Of a stretch of 64,000 nucleotides of DNA, positions 43,325 to 53,120 are shown in pieces. Where the stretch lies: assembly GCA_963754875.1 (NCBI GenBank), contig CAVWHO010000013.1, positions 160,001 to 224,000 on the forward strand. The letters are read 5' to 3'. The notes under the pieces are model-generated. The model saw only the letters and a list, made by a program, of their open reading frames with translations. It had not been told where the DNA came from and did not search any database. Made by a program: the position numbers and the translations under genes. Positions within the stretch are counted from its first letter, which is position 1. Each line of letters opens with the position of its first letter. The stretch is from Nitrospirota bacterium (GTDB lineage: Bacteria > Nitrospirota > UBA9217).

Positions 43325-43846
43325 ATGGCTCATAAATTATACTTCATAACCGGAGGGGCTCGCTCAGGAAAGTCCTCTTTTGCAGAGAAGCTGGCTCTCG
43401 ATAGGGCCGGGAAACGGGCCTATATCGCCACGGCGCAGGCCCTCGACGCCGAGATGTCAGCCAGGATCGAGCAACACCGGATAAAACGCGGCAATTCGTG
43501 GGACACCTACGAGGAACCGCTGGCCGTGGCCGAACTCCTGCGGAAACTTGCGAACCGATATGAGATAGTGCTCCTCGATTGTCTCACCCTCTGGCTGAGC
43601 AATGTCATGGCCCATACCGATGGGGACGGGGCTGTTGCCGCACGAACGGACGAACTGGTGAAAGCGGCGAAGGACTTCGGCGGCGTCTGCATTGTCGTAT
43701 CGAACGAAGTCGGCCTCGGGATCGTTCCCGACAATCCGCTTGCCCGGAAGTATCGCGATTTTGCCGGTATCCTGAACCAGAAAGTAGCGCAAGCCGCGGA
43801 TGAGGTGTATTTTACCGCGTCCGGGATTCCGGTGAAGATAAAGTGA
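43325..43846 (+). CDS. cobU: Adenosylcobinamide kinase / guanylyltransferase
   Basis: GGARSGKS, YIATA, DCLTLWLSN, VSNEVGLG. Confidence 0.96.
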   Translation: MAHKLYFITGGARSGKSSFAEKLALDRAGKRAYIATAQALDAEMSARIEQHRIKRGNSWDTYEEPLAVAELLRKLANRYEIVLLDCLTLWLSNVMAHTDGDGAVAARTDELVKAAKDFGGVCIVVSNEVGLGIVPDNPLARKYRDFAGILNQKVAQAADEVYFTASGIPVKIK

Positions 43847-43900
43847 TTCGAATTCGGAATACGGAAAAAATTGTTATTGACGATAGGGAGGTAGCACAAA

Positions 43901-44971
43901 TTGGGCAAATTACAAGAGATACTGAAAAAAATCCAGCCGGTGGACGCATCGAGATCAAACGAGATCCAGACGCGGCTTGACAACCTGACGAAACCGCAAG
44001 GAAGTCTTGGCAGGCTCGAAGAGCTTGCCAAAAAATACTGTCTGATCACCGGCAAGGACAAACCACGGATCAAGAACAAAATCATCTTTACGTTTGCCGG
44101 TGACCACGGCGTGACCGAGGAGAGCGTGAGCGCTTTCCCGAAAGAAGTGACGCCCCAGATGGTGCTGAATTTCCTCCGCGGAGGCGCAGGCGTGAACGTG
44201 CTGGCGAAACACGTGGGAGCACGGGTGATCGTTGTCGATATGGGGGTCGATTACGACTTCGAGCCCATGGAAGGGCTGGAGATCCGGAAGATCGGCCGCG
44301 GGACGCGGAACATGGCCAAGGGCCCAGCCATGACGCGTGAAGAGGCGGAGCGCGCGGTGCTCGCCGGGATTGAGCTGGTCGAAAAATATAAAGACGGGCT
44401 CGATCTGCTCGGGACCGGGGACATGGGCATCGGGAACACGACGCCTTCATCAGCAATCGTCTCCGTCATCACCGGCGCTGATCCGGACAAGGTGACGGGC
44501 CGTGGCACCGGCATCGACGACGAATCGCTACGCAACAAGGTCGCCATCATCAAAAAGGCGATCACCATGAACAACCCCGATCCTAAGGACGCACTCGACG
44601 TGCTGGCAAAGGTCGGCGGTTACGAAATTGCTGGCATCGCCGGGCTTGTGCTCGGCGCCGCCTTGTACAAGGTCCCGGTTGTCGTCGACGGGTTTATCTC
44701 CACGGCCGGCGCGCTCATTGCTGCGGAACTGAACCCGCTGGTAAAGGGCTATATCATCGCCGCCCACCAGTCCGTCGAGATCGGCCACCGCAGGATGCTT
44801 GAGCATCTGGAGCAGGTGCCGCTCTTCGATCTGAACCTCAGGCTCGGTGAAGGCACGGGCGCTGCTCTCGGTATGTCGATCGTAGAAGCCGGTGTGAAAA
44901 TCCTTGGTGAGATGGCAACCTTTGCCGGTGCCGGGGTGGCCGAGAAGAGCGAAGAAGCGGTAAAAAAATAA
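43901..44971 (+). CDS. cobT: Nicotinate-nucleotide--dimethylbenzimidazole phosphoribosyltransferase
   Basis: [35 protein letters not shown]. Confidence 0.97.
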   Translation: MGKLQEILKKIQPVDASRSNEIQTRLDNLTKPQGSLGRLEELAKKYCLITGKDKPRIKNKIIFTFAGDHGVTEESVSAFPKEVTPQMVLNFLRGGAGVNVLAKHVGARVIVVDMGVDYDFEPMEGLEIRKIGRGTRNMAKGPAMTREEAERAVLAGIELVEKYKDGLDLLGTGDMGIGNTTPSSAIVSVITGADPDKVTGRGTGIDDESLRNKVAIIKKAITMNNPDPKDALDVLAKVGGYEIAGIAGLVLGAALYKVPVVVDGFISTAGALIAAELNPLVKGYIIAAHQSVEIGHRRMLEHLEQVPLFDLNLRLGEGTGAALGMSIVEAGVKILGEMATFAGAGVAEKSEEAVKK

Positions 44972-45140
44972 AGAACATTTCTCCCGGTCCGGACAAGCCG
45001 GGGCCAAACGGCATTTACGACAGGCGCCCTGCAAGTCGTGACTGTTCAGCCGAGTTCACAACGAAGTCCCGGGTTCGGAAGAGAAGACGTTGTTTATATC
45101 GTCCTTTTTGAAATGAACATATTTTCGGGTTGATCGAGCT

Positions 45141-45908
45141 ATGAAAAATTTTATAACCGCATTGCAGTTTCTCACGGTGGCCACAGTCAAGAAAGACCAC
45201 CGTATCGAGGAAGGAGACCTGGCGAAATCCATGGTCTATTTTCCGCTGATTGGTTTTTTGATCGGGGTCATCCTGGTCTATGCGGACAAAATCTTCGCTT
45301 TCGTCGTCCTACCTCAAAATATCGCGAACCTGTTGCTCGTCGTGATTGCGCTCCTCGTCACGCGCGCCCTTCATATCGACGGCCTGGCGGACACGCTCGA
45401 CGGCCTCATGGGAGGCCATGACCAAACTTCCCGGCTTGAGATCATGAAGGATAGCAGGTTGGGGACTGCCGGCGTGCTCGGCATTGTCTGTGTCCTCTCC
45501 CTGAAATATCTGTGTCTCAACAACCTGTACAACAGCGAAAAGATCGGCGCGTTGCTGACTGCGCCGGTGCTCGCCCGCTGGTCGCAGACGTTTATGGTGT
45601 TCGGCACGAACTACGGCCGCGAACAGGGCATGGGCAAGGCATTTGTCGGACATCTCAGGACCGACAGTTTTGCCGTGGTTTCCGCGATAGCCGCAAGCCT
45701 GACCGCATTTGTTATCGTACGGGAGGATTTCAGGTCCCTCGTACTTTTCTTATGCCTGATCGCGGGGGTCCTCGTGCTGAGCTACGCCGGAAGACGGTAC
45801 CTGATTCGGAAGCTCGGCGGAATGACGGGTGATGCAATCGGAGCCGTGAGTGAGCTGAACGAAGTGCTGGTGTTCCTTATCTTTGTGATTTTCTCAAACG
45901 GAAGCTAG
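45141..45908 (+). CDS. cobS: Adenosylcobinamide-GDP ribazoletransferase
   Basis: LQFLT, LHIDGLADTLDG, IMKDSRLG, GGMTGD. Confidence 0.96.
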   Translation: MKNFITALQFLTVATVKKDHRIEEGDLAKSMVYFPLIGFLIGVILVYADKIFAFVVLPQNIANLLLVVIALLVTRALHIDGLADTLDGLMGGHDQTSRLEIMKDSRLGTAGVLGIVCVLSLKYLCLNNLYNSEKIGALLTAPVLARWSQTFMVFGTNYGREQGMGKAFVGHLRTDSFAVVSAIAASLTAFVIVREDFRSLVLFLCLIAGVLVLSYAGRRYLIRKLGGMTGDAIGAVSELNEVLVFLIFVIFSNGS

Positions 45909-45912
45909 CGCC

Positions 45913-46509
45913 ATGCCGATCAAAGTCTACCTCATGCGTCACGGAGAAGTGGCGAACGGCGGCGAGAAACGATACAACGGCCACATCGATGTTGACATAA
46001 CCGGAAACGGCGTTCAGCAAATGTACCGGCTCGCGGGACTGATCGAGGGCAAGAATATTTCGGCGGTCTATTCCAGCGATCTCATTCGTTCGACAAAAGG
46101 CGCAGATATTATTTCCCAACGAATCGGAAAATCGTACACCGCCCTGCGCGAACTGCGGGAGCGGAGCGTGGGCGCATGGGAAGGTTTGACTGCCGACGAG
46201 ATCAAGGCCCGTTTCCCCGATGAATACCTGCTCTGGCGCGCCGACCTTCTGAACTACCGTCCGCCGGGCGGGGAATGTCTGCTTGATGTCAGGGACCGGA
46301 TCTTGCCGGTTTACCGAAAGCTATTATCTTCTCATCCGGATCAGGTGATCGCCTTGCTGCTCCACGGAGGCGTGAACCGGGTGATCCTGGCCGATGCTCT
46401 TGGTCTGGACATGATGAATCTGTTTCGCGTCGACCAGGCGTACGGCGCGCTGAACATCATCGACTACTTTGACGATGGCATGGCCGTTGTCAGGCTTTTG
46501 AACGGTTGA
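45913..46509 (+). CDS. cobC: Histidine phosphatase, probable alpha-ribazole phosphatase
   Basis: RHG, YSSDL, LRE..GAWEG, HGGV; follows cobS. Confidence 0.85.
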   Translation: MPIKVYLMRHGEVANGGEKRYNGHIDVDITGNGVQQMYRLAGLIEGKNISAVYSSDLIRSTKGADIISQRIGKSYTALRELRERSVGAWEGLTADEIKARFPDEYLLWRADLLNYRPPGGECLLDVRDRILPVYRKLLSSHPDQVIALLLHGGVNRVILADALGLDMMNLFRVDQAYGALNIIDYFDDGMAVVRLLNG

Positions 46510-46613
46510 GCGTGTAAAGCGAAAACGTCCAGTGCCCGGGGAACGCAAATATAACGTCGAACGTAACCATGTGGTCTTAAAAGCAAGAACTGTGCGATGT
46601 TACTAGAAAATAA

Positions 46614-46642
46614 TTGACTTTACGAGGATCATGCCGTATTGT
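46614..46642 (+). promoter_or_regulatory. Putative sigma70 promoter of the thi operon
   Basis: TTGACT-17 nt-TATTGT directly before the riboswitch. Confidence 0.6.
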
Positions 46643-46651
46643 AAATGCACA

Positions 46652-46740
46652 GTATGCTGGGGGAGCCGAGAGGCTGAGAGTCCTGAATGGACGACCCTTA
46701 GAACCTGATCCGGGTAGTGCCGGCGTAGGGAAGGCGGGAA
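46652..46740 (+). ncRNA. TPP riboswitch
   Basis: GGGGAGCC..GGCTGAGAG..GACCCTTAGAACCTGATCCGGGTAGTGCCGGCGTAGGGAA, upstream of thiS. Confidence 0.96.
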
Positions 46741-46762
46741 TATCATCATCGAAGACCTTTCG

Positions 46763-46796
46763 AGCCGTATCCTTACCGGATACGGTTTTTTTATTT
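46763..46796 (+). terminator. Riboswitch attenuator (intrinsic terminator)
   Basis: AGCCGTATCC-TTACC-GGATACGGTTTTTTT. Confidence 0.85.
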
Positions 46797-46864
46797 GCGA
46801 GTGGCGAAACCAAGGGCATCAAGAAAAAAAAGGAATCTCTCAGGAGGTTCGCCGGTAAAAAGCT

Positions 46865-47086
46865 ATGAAGATTACGCTGAATGGAGAAAAAAAGGACGTC
46901 CCAGACGACATTACTGTCCACGGCCTTTTGGAAATTCTGAACATACAGCATCAGCGCGTGGCAGTGGAATTGAACGAGGCCATTGTGAAAAAAGATACGT
47001 ACGGCGCGACGACGCTCAATGACGGTGATGCACTTGAAGTAGTCAGCTTTATGGGGGGCGGTGGAACAAAAAGTTCAGAGTTCTGA
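46865..47086 (+). CDS. thiS: Sulfur carrier protein ThiS (C-terminal extension after the Gly run)
   Basis: MKITLNG, VAVELN, LNDGDALEVVSFMGGG(G). Confidence 0.92.
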   Translation: MKITLNGEKKDVPDDITVHGLLEILNIQHQRVAVELNEAIVKKDTYGATTLNDGDALEVVSFMGGGGTKSSEF

Positions 47087-47115
47087 GCCCAAAGTCAAAT
47101 GAGGAGTAGAGTAAA

Positions 47116-47895
47116 ATGATTGACGACAAACTTGTGATCGCGGGCATTGAATTCCAGTCGCGGCTCTGGGTCGGGACCGGCAAGTACAAGGATTTTGCTG
47201 AGACGAAAAAAGCCATTGAGGTCTCCGGCACAGACGTTGTCACCGTGTCCGTGCGCCGGGTGAACATCATCGATAAAAACAAGGAAAACCTGCTCGACTA
47301 TATCGATCCGAAGAAGTACAAGATCCTCCCGAATACCGCGGGTTGCTATACGGCCAAGGACGCAATCCGTACGGCCATGCTGGCAGCAGAGGCCGGGATC
47401 TCGAAGCTCGTGAAGCTCGAAGTGATCGGCGATGATAGAACCCTTTTCCCGGACAACGAGGCAACGCTCGAGGCAGCAAAGGTGCTGGTGAAGGAGGGGC
47501 TTATCGTGTTGCCGTACACGAGTGATGACCCTATCATGGCCAAGAAGCTTGTGGACATCGGCTGCCCGGCGGTCATGCCGCTTGCCGCTCCCATCGGTTC
47601 CGGTCTCGGCATCAGGAACCCCTACAATATCCGGATCATTATGGAAACCGTCAAGGTGCCTATTGTCGTCGATGCAGGCGTGGGCACTGCCTCGGATGTG
47701 GCTTTGGCCATGGAACTCGGCTGCGATGCCGTTCTCCTCAATACCGCGATTGCCGGCGCCAAAGACCCCATCGCGATGGCTGAAGCCATGAAGTATGGTG
47801 TGCTCGGCGGCAGGCTTGCGTACAAGGCAGGGCGGATACCGAAAAAACTTTACGCCACGGCGAGCAGTCCGATCGAGGGACTTATCGGCTCTTAG
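47116..47895 (+). CDS. thiG: Thiazole synthase
   Basis: [34 protein letters not shown]. Confidence 0.98.
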   Translation: MIDDKLVIAGIEFQSRLWVGTGKYKDFAETKKAIEVSGTDVVTVSVRRVNIIDKNKENLLDYIDPKKYKILPNTAGCYTAKDAIRTAMLAAEAGISKLVKLEVIGDDRTLFPDNEATLEAAKVLVKEGLIVLPYTSDDPIMAKKLVDIGCPAVMPLAAPIGSGLGIRNPYNIRIIMETVKVPIVVDAGVGTASDVALAMELGCDAVLLNTAIAGAKDPIAMAEAMKYGVLGGRLAYKAGRIPKKLYATASSPIEGLIGS

Positions 47896-48044
47896 TTTTT
47901 ACCTCAGAGGGCGCTGAGGAAAAGCATAACTGATGTTCAGAACTCACGGAGTGATGCGCGTGAGCACGGAGTAATACAGCGGGTTCATTTCGGTTTTAAA
48001 AACAGGTGATGAATATTTGGTTTACTCTGCAACCTGCGGTGAAA
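47896..48044. repeat. Family D nonamer-type inverted element (CGCAGAG variant)
   Basis: TTTTACCTCAGAGGGCGCTGAG ... CTCTGCAACCTGCGGTGAAA, with internal CACGGAG units. Confidence 0.55.
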
Positions 48045-48054
48045 GGAATCGACT

Positions 48055-48711
48055 TTGGCCGTTGATTTCAAACTCTATCTGATTACCGACCGGAAGCAAA
48101 CAACGATGCCGCTTCCCGAAGCCGTGCGGCTCGCGCTTCAAGGCGGCGTTCCGGCCATCCAGGTCCGGGAGAAGGACCTGCCGATTCGGGAACTGCTTGC
48201 CCTTTCGCAGGAACTAAGGGCGCTCACGAAGGAGTTTGGTGCAAAGCTTTTCATCAATGACCATGTGGATGTTGCCGTGGCTGTTGGGGCGGACGGGGTC
48301 CACCTTGGACATCAGAGTATGCCCACATCAGCAGTCAGGCGTATCCTCGGCAAAAAGATGATGCTCGGCGTATCAACGCACACTATAGAAGAGGCGCGTG
48401 CTGCTGAATCTGAAGGCGCTGATTTTGTGACGTTCGGCCCGGTTTATGAAACTCCATCAAAAATAAAAATTAGTGCTCCAGTGGGATTAGAGCCACTGAG
48501 GGATGTAAAAAAGGCTATAGATATCCCTATTTTTGCTTTAGGTGGGATAAAAGGAAGAAATATAGGCCATGTTTTGTGGGCAGGCGCATATGGCGTTTCC
48601 ATGATATCGGCTATTTTTGGAGCAGCGGACATACAGAAGACGGCAAAGAACATAACTGAAATGATCAAAATTGTTGACCGGTCTATCTGCGTTCAGTGCG
48701 GCCGCAGGTGA
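48055..48711 (+). CDS. thiE: Thiamine-phosphate synthase
   Basis: LYLITDR, QVREKD, IND, GVHLG, GVSTH, ALGGI. Confidence 0.93.
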   Translation: MAVDFKLYLITDRKQTTMPLPEAVRLALQGGVPAIQVREKDLPIRELLALSQELRALTKEFGAKLFINDHVDVAVAVGADGVHLGHQSMPTSAVRRILGKKMMLGVSTHTIEEARAAESEGADFVTFGPVYETPSKIKISAPVGLEPLRDVKKAIDIPIFALGGIKGRNIGHVLWAGAYGVSMISAIFGAADIQKTAKNITEMIKIVDRSICVQCGRR

Positions 48712-48762
48712 AGGATTGCCGGAGTGACGACGTTCAGAAACAGGAATGAATCGAGGTGCGGA

Positions 48763-50082
48763 ATGACTCAGATACTGGAAGCGAGAAAAGGGAATATCAC
48801 TCCCGAGATGGAGGCTGTGGCCCGTTCCGAGGGTGTGGCGATAGGGCATGTTGTAGAAGGAGTTGCCAAAGGCACGATCGTCATTACGAGAAATAATCGG
48901 CATACCTCCATCACACCGCTCGGCGTCGGCAGGGGGCTCAGGACCAAGGTCAACGCCAACATCGGCACCTCGAAGGACCGGATGTCCATTGAAGGCGAGA
49001 TCGAAAAGCTTAAGGTTGCCGTTGCCTCGGGCGCTGATGCGGTCATGGACCTCTCAACCGGAGGACCGATCGTCGGGATTCGCAAGGAAATTCTGAAACA
49101 ATCTACGGTTTCCGTCGGCACCGTACCGATCTACCAGGCCGCGGTCGAAACCGTTGAACAGGGGAAACCGATCGTCCAGATGGATCCTGACCTTCTGTTC
49201 CGGGTGATCGAACAGCAGGCCGAAGAAGGCGTGGATTTTGTCACCGTGCACTGCGGCGTCACCACGGCGAGCCTGGAGAGGCTCAAAAAGCAGGGCAGGA
49301 TCATGGACGTCGTCAGCCGGGGCGGTGCTTTCCACATAGAATGGATCATTTATAATGAGAAGGAGAACCCTCTCTTTACGCAGTATGACCGGCTGATCGA
49401 GATCGCGAAACGATACGATGTGACCCTTTCGCTCGGCGACGGCATGCGGCCGGGATGCCTTGCCGATGCCACGGACCGTGCCCAGATCGAAGAGTTGATC
49501 ACGCTCGGGGAACTGCGCGATATTGCCCACGAGGCAGGCGTGCAGGTCATGATCGAAGGACCGGGCCACGTGCCGATCAACCAGGTCGAGACGAACATGA
49601 AGATTCAGAAGGAGCTCTGCAAGGGAGCGCCCTTCTACGTACTGGGACCGCTTGTGACCGACGTGGCTCCGGGCTATGACCATATAACCTCCGCCATAGG
49701 CGGTGCCATAGCGGGCGCGGCCGGCGCCGACTTCCTTTGCTATGTAACGCCGTCCGAACATCTGCGTTTGCCGGACCTCGATGATGTGCGGGAAGGAGTC
49801 ATCGCCTCCCGCATCGCGGCCCATGCTGCGGACATCGCAAAGGGTGTGAAGGGCGCAATGGATTGGGACAACGAAATGGCGCGGCGGCGCAAGGCGCTTG
49901 ATTGGAAAGGCCAGATCGAGCTCTCGATCAATCCCGAGCGGGCGCGAAAACTGCGCGAATCGAGCATGCCGAAAGAATCGGACGTCTGTACCATGTGCGG
50001 GGAGTTCTGCTCCATGAAGGGGATGTCGCAGTATCTGAAGAAAGAAGACAGCAGCCGGAAAACAGAAGTTAAAAAAACGTAG
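48763..50082 (+). CDS. thiC: Phosphomethylpyrimidine synthase
   Basis: TKVNANIGTS, MDLSTGG, GTVPIYQ, EGPGHVP, CTMCGEFC. Confidence 0.97.
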   Translation: MTQILEARKGNITPEMEAVARSEGVAIGHVVEGVAKGTIVITRNNRHTSITPLGVGRGLRTKVNANIGTSKDRMSIEGEIEKLKVAVASGADAVMDLSTGGPIVGIRKEILKQSTVSVGTVPIYQAAVETVEQGKPIVQMDPDLLFRVIEQQAEEGVDFVTVHCGVTTASLERLKKQGRIMDVVSRGGAFHIEWIIYNEKENPLFTQYDRLIEIAKRYDVTLSLGDGMRPGCLADATDRAQIEELITLGELRDIAHEAGVQVMIEGPGHVPINQVETNMKIQKELCKGAPFYVLGPLVTDVAPGYDHITSAIGGAIAGAAGADFLCYVTPSEHLRLPDLDDVREGVIASRIAAHAADIAKGVKGAMDWDNEMARRRKALDWKGQIELSINPERARKLRESSMPKESDVCTMCGEFCSMKGMSQYLKKEDSSRKTEVKKT

Positions 50083-50112
50083 GGTAATTTCTGTAAAGCG
50101 AAAGGCGCCATA

Positions 50113-50965
50113 ATGAACAGGTTCAAGAAAATTCTCATTCTCACAGCAGTACTATGCCTGCCGTACATTGTGCATGCGCAGGGGAAAACGGTCCAGCCTG
50201 AGATCACCTTTGCCCCCGCAAAGCCCGGACCGGGCGATCTTTTGGTCGTTACGGTCAAAAACGCAGCCGGCCCGGTAGAAGGAACGTTTAACGGCAAAAA
50301 AATTTATTTTAATCCGTCGAAGGAGTCGCTCAAGGCGATCGTGGCCGTTGATTACTTTACCAAACCCGGGAAATACGATTTGGACATCTCTTCGAACGGA
50401 GTTGTTCGCAAGGAAGTGGTAGAAGTCGTCGAGAAGGAATATGAGGTCCAGCATTTGACCCTTCCCAGGAAGATGGTGGAGCTTTCTCCCCGGGATGAGG
50501 CCAGGGCCGAGCGGGAGCAGCGCAGGATGGCGGCAATCTGGCCGAAGGAGACAACCCGTTCCTGGAGGGGCGACTTTGTCAGTCCGCTGGACGGTGATAT
50601 CATTACTCCTTTCGGCGTCCGGAGGATCATCAATAATATTCCGAAAAGCCCGCACACCGGCGTGGATGTGAGAGGGAAAGAAGGCGACAAAATAGTCGCT
50701 CCGAACGACGCAGTAGTCGCCCTCATCGACAACGAGTTTTTTTCGCGGCACGTCGCTGGTGCTGAATCACGGCCAGGGCATTTATACGATGTTCTTCCAC
50801 CTCTCCAAGGTCCTTGTCAAGCCGGGGCAGACCGTCAAAAAAGGGGATGTCATTGCGCTCGTCGGCGAGACCGGCCGCGCCACGGGACCCCACCTGCACT
50901 GGGGCGTGCGGGTGCAGGGAGCGCGCGTCGATCCTCTGGAACTGGTCCATTTAAAGCTGGAGTAA
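50113..50965 (+). CDS. M23-family metallopeptidase (one +1 frameshift at the T7 run 50737-50743)
   Basis: Signal peptide, HTGVD, then HGQG..HL..GRATGPHLH..VDP in the next frame. Confidence 0.88.
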
Positions 50966-51079
50966 ATTTTAAATCAACAGCCTTTCCTACTGCAGAGGAC
51001 ACAGAGGTCATTGGTTACCTATTGTAGGTGGGAGCCCTTTTTTCTTTGCATGGCGGCGAATCCCGCGAAAAAAATCTCA

Positions 51080-51847
51080 ATGATCAAAGTCCTCTCTATA
51101 GCCGGCTCCGACCCATCCTCAGGCGCGGGCATCCAGGTCGATCTCAAGACCTTCCAGTCCCTCGGCATCTTTGGTATGGCCCTGCCTGCCGCGCTCACGG
51201 TTCAGAACAGCCGCGGTGTCTTTGGCGTTGAGGCAGTATCGTCTAGGATGCTTTTTCAACAACTTGAAGTTCTCCTTTCCGACAGCAGACCTGATGCAAT
51301 AAAGACCGGCATGCTTTTAACAAAAGAGAATGTTGAAGTCGTGGCCAAAGCTGTAAAAAAATATTCGATCAAGAGTCTTATAATAGACCCTGTGCTGAAA
51401 TCAAGCTCAGGCAGGCCCTTGCTTCAGACGGCAGCTGTCAGATCCCTCGTTGACAAACTATTCCCTCTGGCCCTGATCGTTACGCCGAATATTCCCGAGG
51501 CAGAGGTTTTGGCAGGAATGTCGATAAGATCGGAAGGGGACATGGATTATGCGGCGGGACGGATCCTTGATACAGGTCCGACGTATGTCCTTATCAAAGG
51601 CGGTCATTGGTCCGGACCGGCAACGGACACCCTGTACGGCGGTAAAACCGTGCTCAGCTTTTCCACATTGCGGAGAAAAGGCGAATTTCACGGCACCGGC
51701 TGTGTCCTTTCCTCGGCAATCGCGGTGTTCATAGCACGGGGATTGCCTGTGGAAAAGGCTGTGGGAAAAGCAAAACAGTTTGTGGATAAGATGTTGAAAA
51801 CCGTGGAACCGGTGGGGAAGGGGAAGACCAAGTACTTTCAATTCTAA
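51080..51847 (+). CDS. thiD: Hydroxymethylpyrimidine / phosphomethylpyrimidine kinase
   Basis: IAGSDPSSGAGIQVDLKT, KTGML, TPNIPEA, HGTGC. Confidence 0.95.
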   Translation: MIKVLSIAGSDPSSGAGIQVDLKTFQSLGIFGMALPAALTVQNSRGVFGVEAVSSRMLFQQLEVLLSDSRPDAIKTGMLLTKENVEVVAKAVKKYSIKSLIIDPVLKSSSGRPLLQTAAVRSLVDKLFPLALIVTPNIPEAEVLAGMSIRSEGDMDYAAGRILDTGPTYVLIKGGHWSGPATDTLYGGKTVLSFSTLRRKGEFHGTGCVLSSAIAVFIARGLPVEKAVGKAKQFVDKMLKTVEPVGKGKTKYFQF

Positions 51848-51857
51848 CGAGTCACTA

Positions 51858-53018
51858 GTATCTTGACAAATTAATAACGAAACATTATACTATACTTCAT
51901 GAGACAAGTTAAAATGCAACTTACCGAAGAAGATCGAGCCACTCTAAAGCCATTTCGTGCCAAGGGGCAGCATATGGCCAGAGAATTCAATCGCGCACAT
52001 ATATTATCGGCTTTAGACCAAAACGTACCTGAAAAGCAAATCATGTTAGTTCTGGGTGTTGGTCGAACCGCCATTTGGCGCACCCGCTCTGCCTACCTGG
52101 AAAAAGGCTTGGCTTATGCTTTGCATGATGTCGAGCGGCCTGGGCAACCGATACTATATGGAACCGATCAGCAGGCCGAGGTCGTGGCTTTGGCCTGTAG
52201 CGCACCTCCGAAGGGCGCCAAGCGCTGGACAATCGACTTGTTGACCAAAGCAGCGAGACGGCGACCGAAACTTAAAAATATTAGTCGTGAAAGCATTCGT
52301 CTCTTTCTAAAAAAAACGACTGCAAACCCTGGCGCAGGTTGATGTGGTGCATTGGTAAATTGACCACGGAATATCGCCAAAGGATGTATGATTTGCTGGA
52401 TCTTTACGCAAGACCTTATCAGGAGAACGAGCCGGTGGTCTGCGTAGACGAAAAGAGCAAGCAACTTTTGGAACAACCACGGGCACCGATTCCAGCCAGC
52501 CCGGGAAATCCGACCAAAGAAGATTACGAGTATAAGCGTGCTGGTACCCGTAACATTTTCATGGCGATTGAACCTAAGGGCGGACACAGGCAGGCGGAAG
52601 TAACAGCCCATCGCACAAAGAGTGATTTTGTGCAGTTCATCAGTCATTTGGTGAAAAAAGTCTATGCAAGAGCGCAGAAGATTCATCTGGTGCTGGATAA
52701 TCTTAATACTCATTTCCGCAGCAGTTTTGAAGAAGTATTGGGTGTTAAACGAGCGACCCAATTGTTGGACAGGGTAGAATTTCATTACACTCCCAAGCAT
52801 GCCAGTTGGCTCAATATGGCCGAAATTGAAATCGGAATCATGGATCGACAATGTACTGGGTGTCGATTGCCAAACGAACAAACCCTTCGGGCGGAAATTG
52901 TCGCGTGGAGTGACCGTCGCAATCAAGCCCGATCAACAATAGATTGGAGATTCACGCGACAAGATGCTGATCAGAAGCTATCTCGTCATTATGTTTCGTA
53001 ATTAACTTGTTGCAATAC
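51858..53018 (+). mobile_element. IS630-family insertion sequence
   Basis: Imperfect 18-bp TIRs GTATCTTGACAAATTAAT / GTATTGCAACAAGTTAAT (13 of 18 match), TA duplication (51856-57, 53019-20) in CTAG context, AT-richer than flanks. Confidence 0.93.
51899..53001 (+). CDS. IS630 transposase (orfA 51899-52342 and orfB 52339-53001, joined by a probable -1 frameshift)
   Basis: HTH orfA (RWT..L); DDE orfB (VDEK, LDNLNTH, PKHASWLNMAEIE); A8 slippery run at 52309-52316. Confidence 0.92.
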
Positions 53019-53120
53019 TAGGGAGGCGCGGAATCGCGGAGAAAGACCGAATGTACTCTCGTGAAAATTTCGTTGTGTCTTCAGTGGCTGTGGCCATGAA
53101 TTAATTAAGGGGGGACGTAC

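Noticed and set aside
46830..46860. AATCTCTCAGG resembling a glycine-riboswitch segment
   Set aside because: Isolated match overlapping the thiS SD region; the rest of the aptamer is absent and the TPP riboswitch explains the leader.
18431..50965. Programmed frameshifting or true pseudogenes in surE, lpdA, degP and the M23 peptidase
   Set aside because: Each has a single +1 shift with both halves intact and no shared slippery motif; sequencing insertion error is the simpler explanation.
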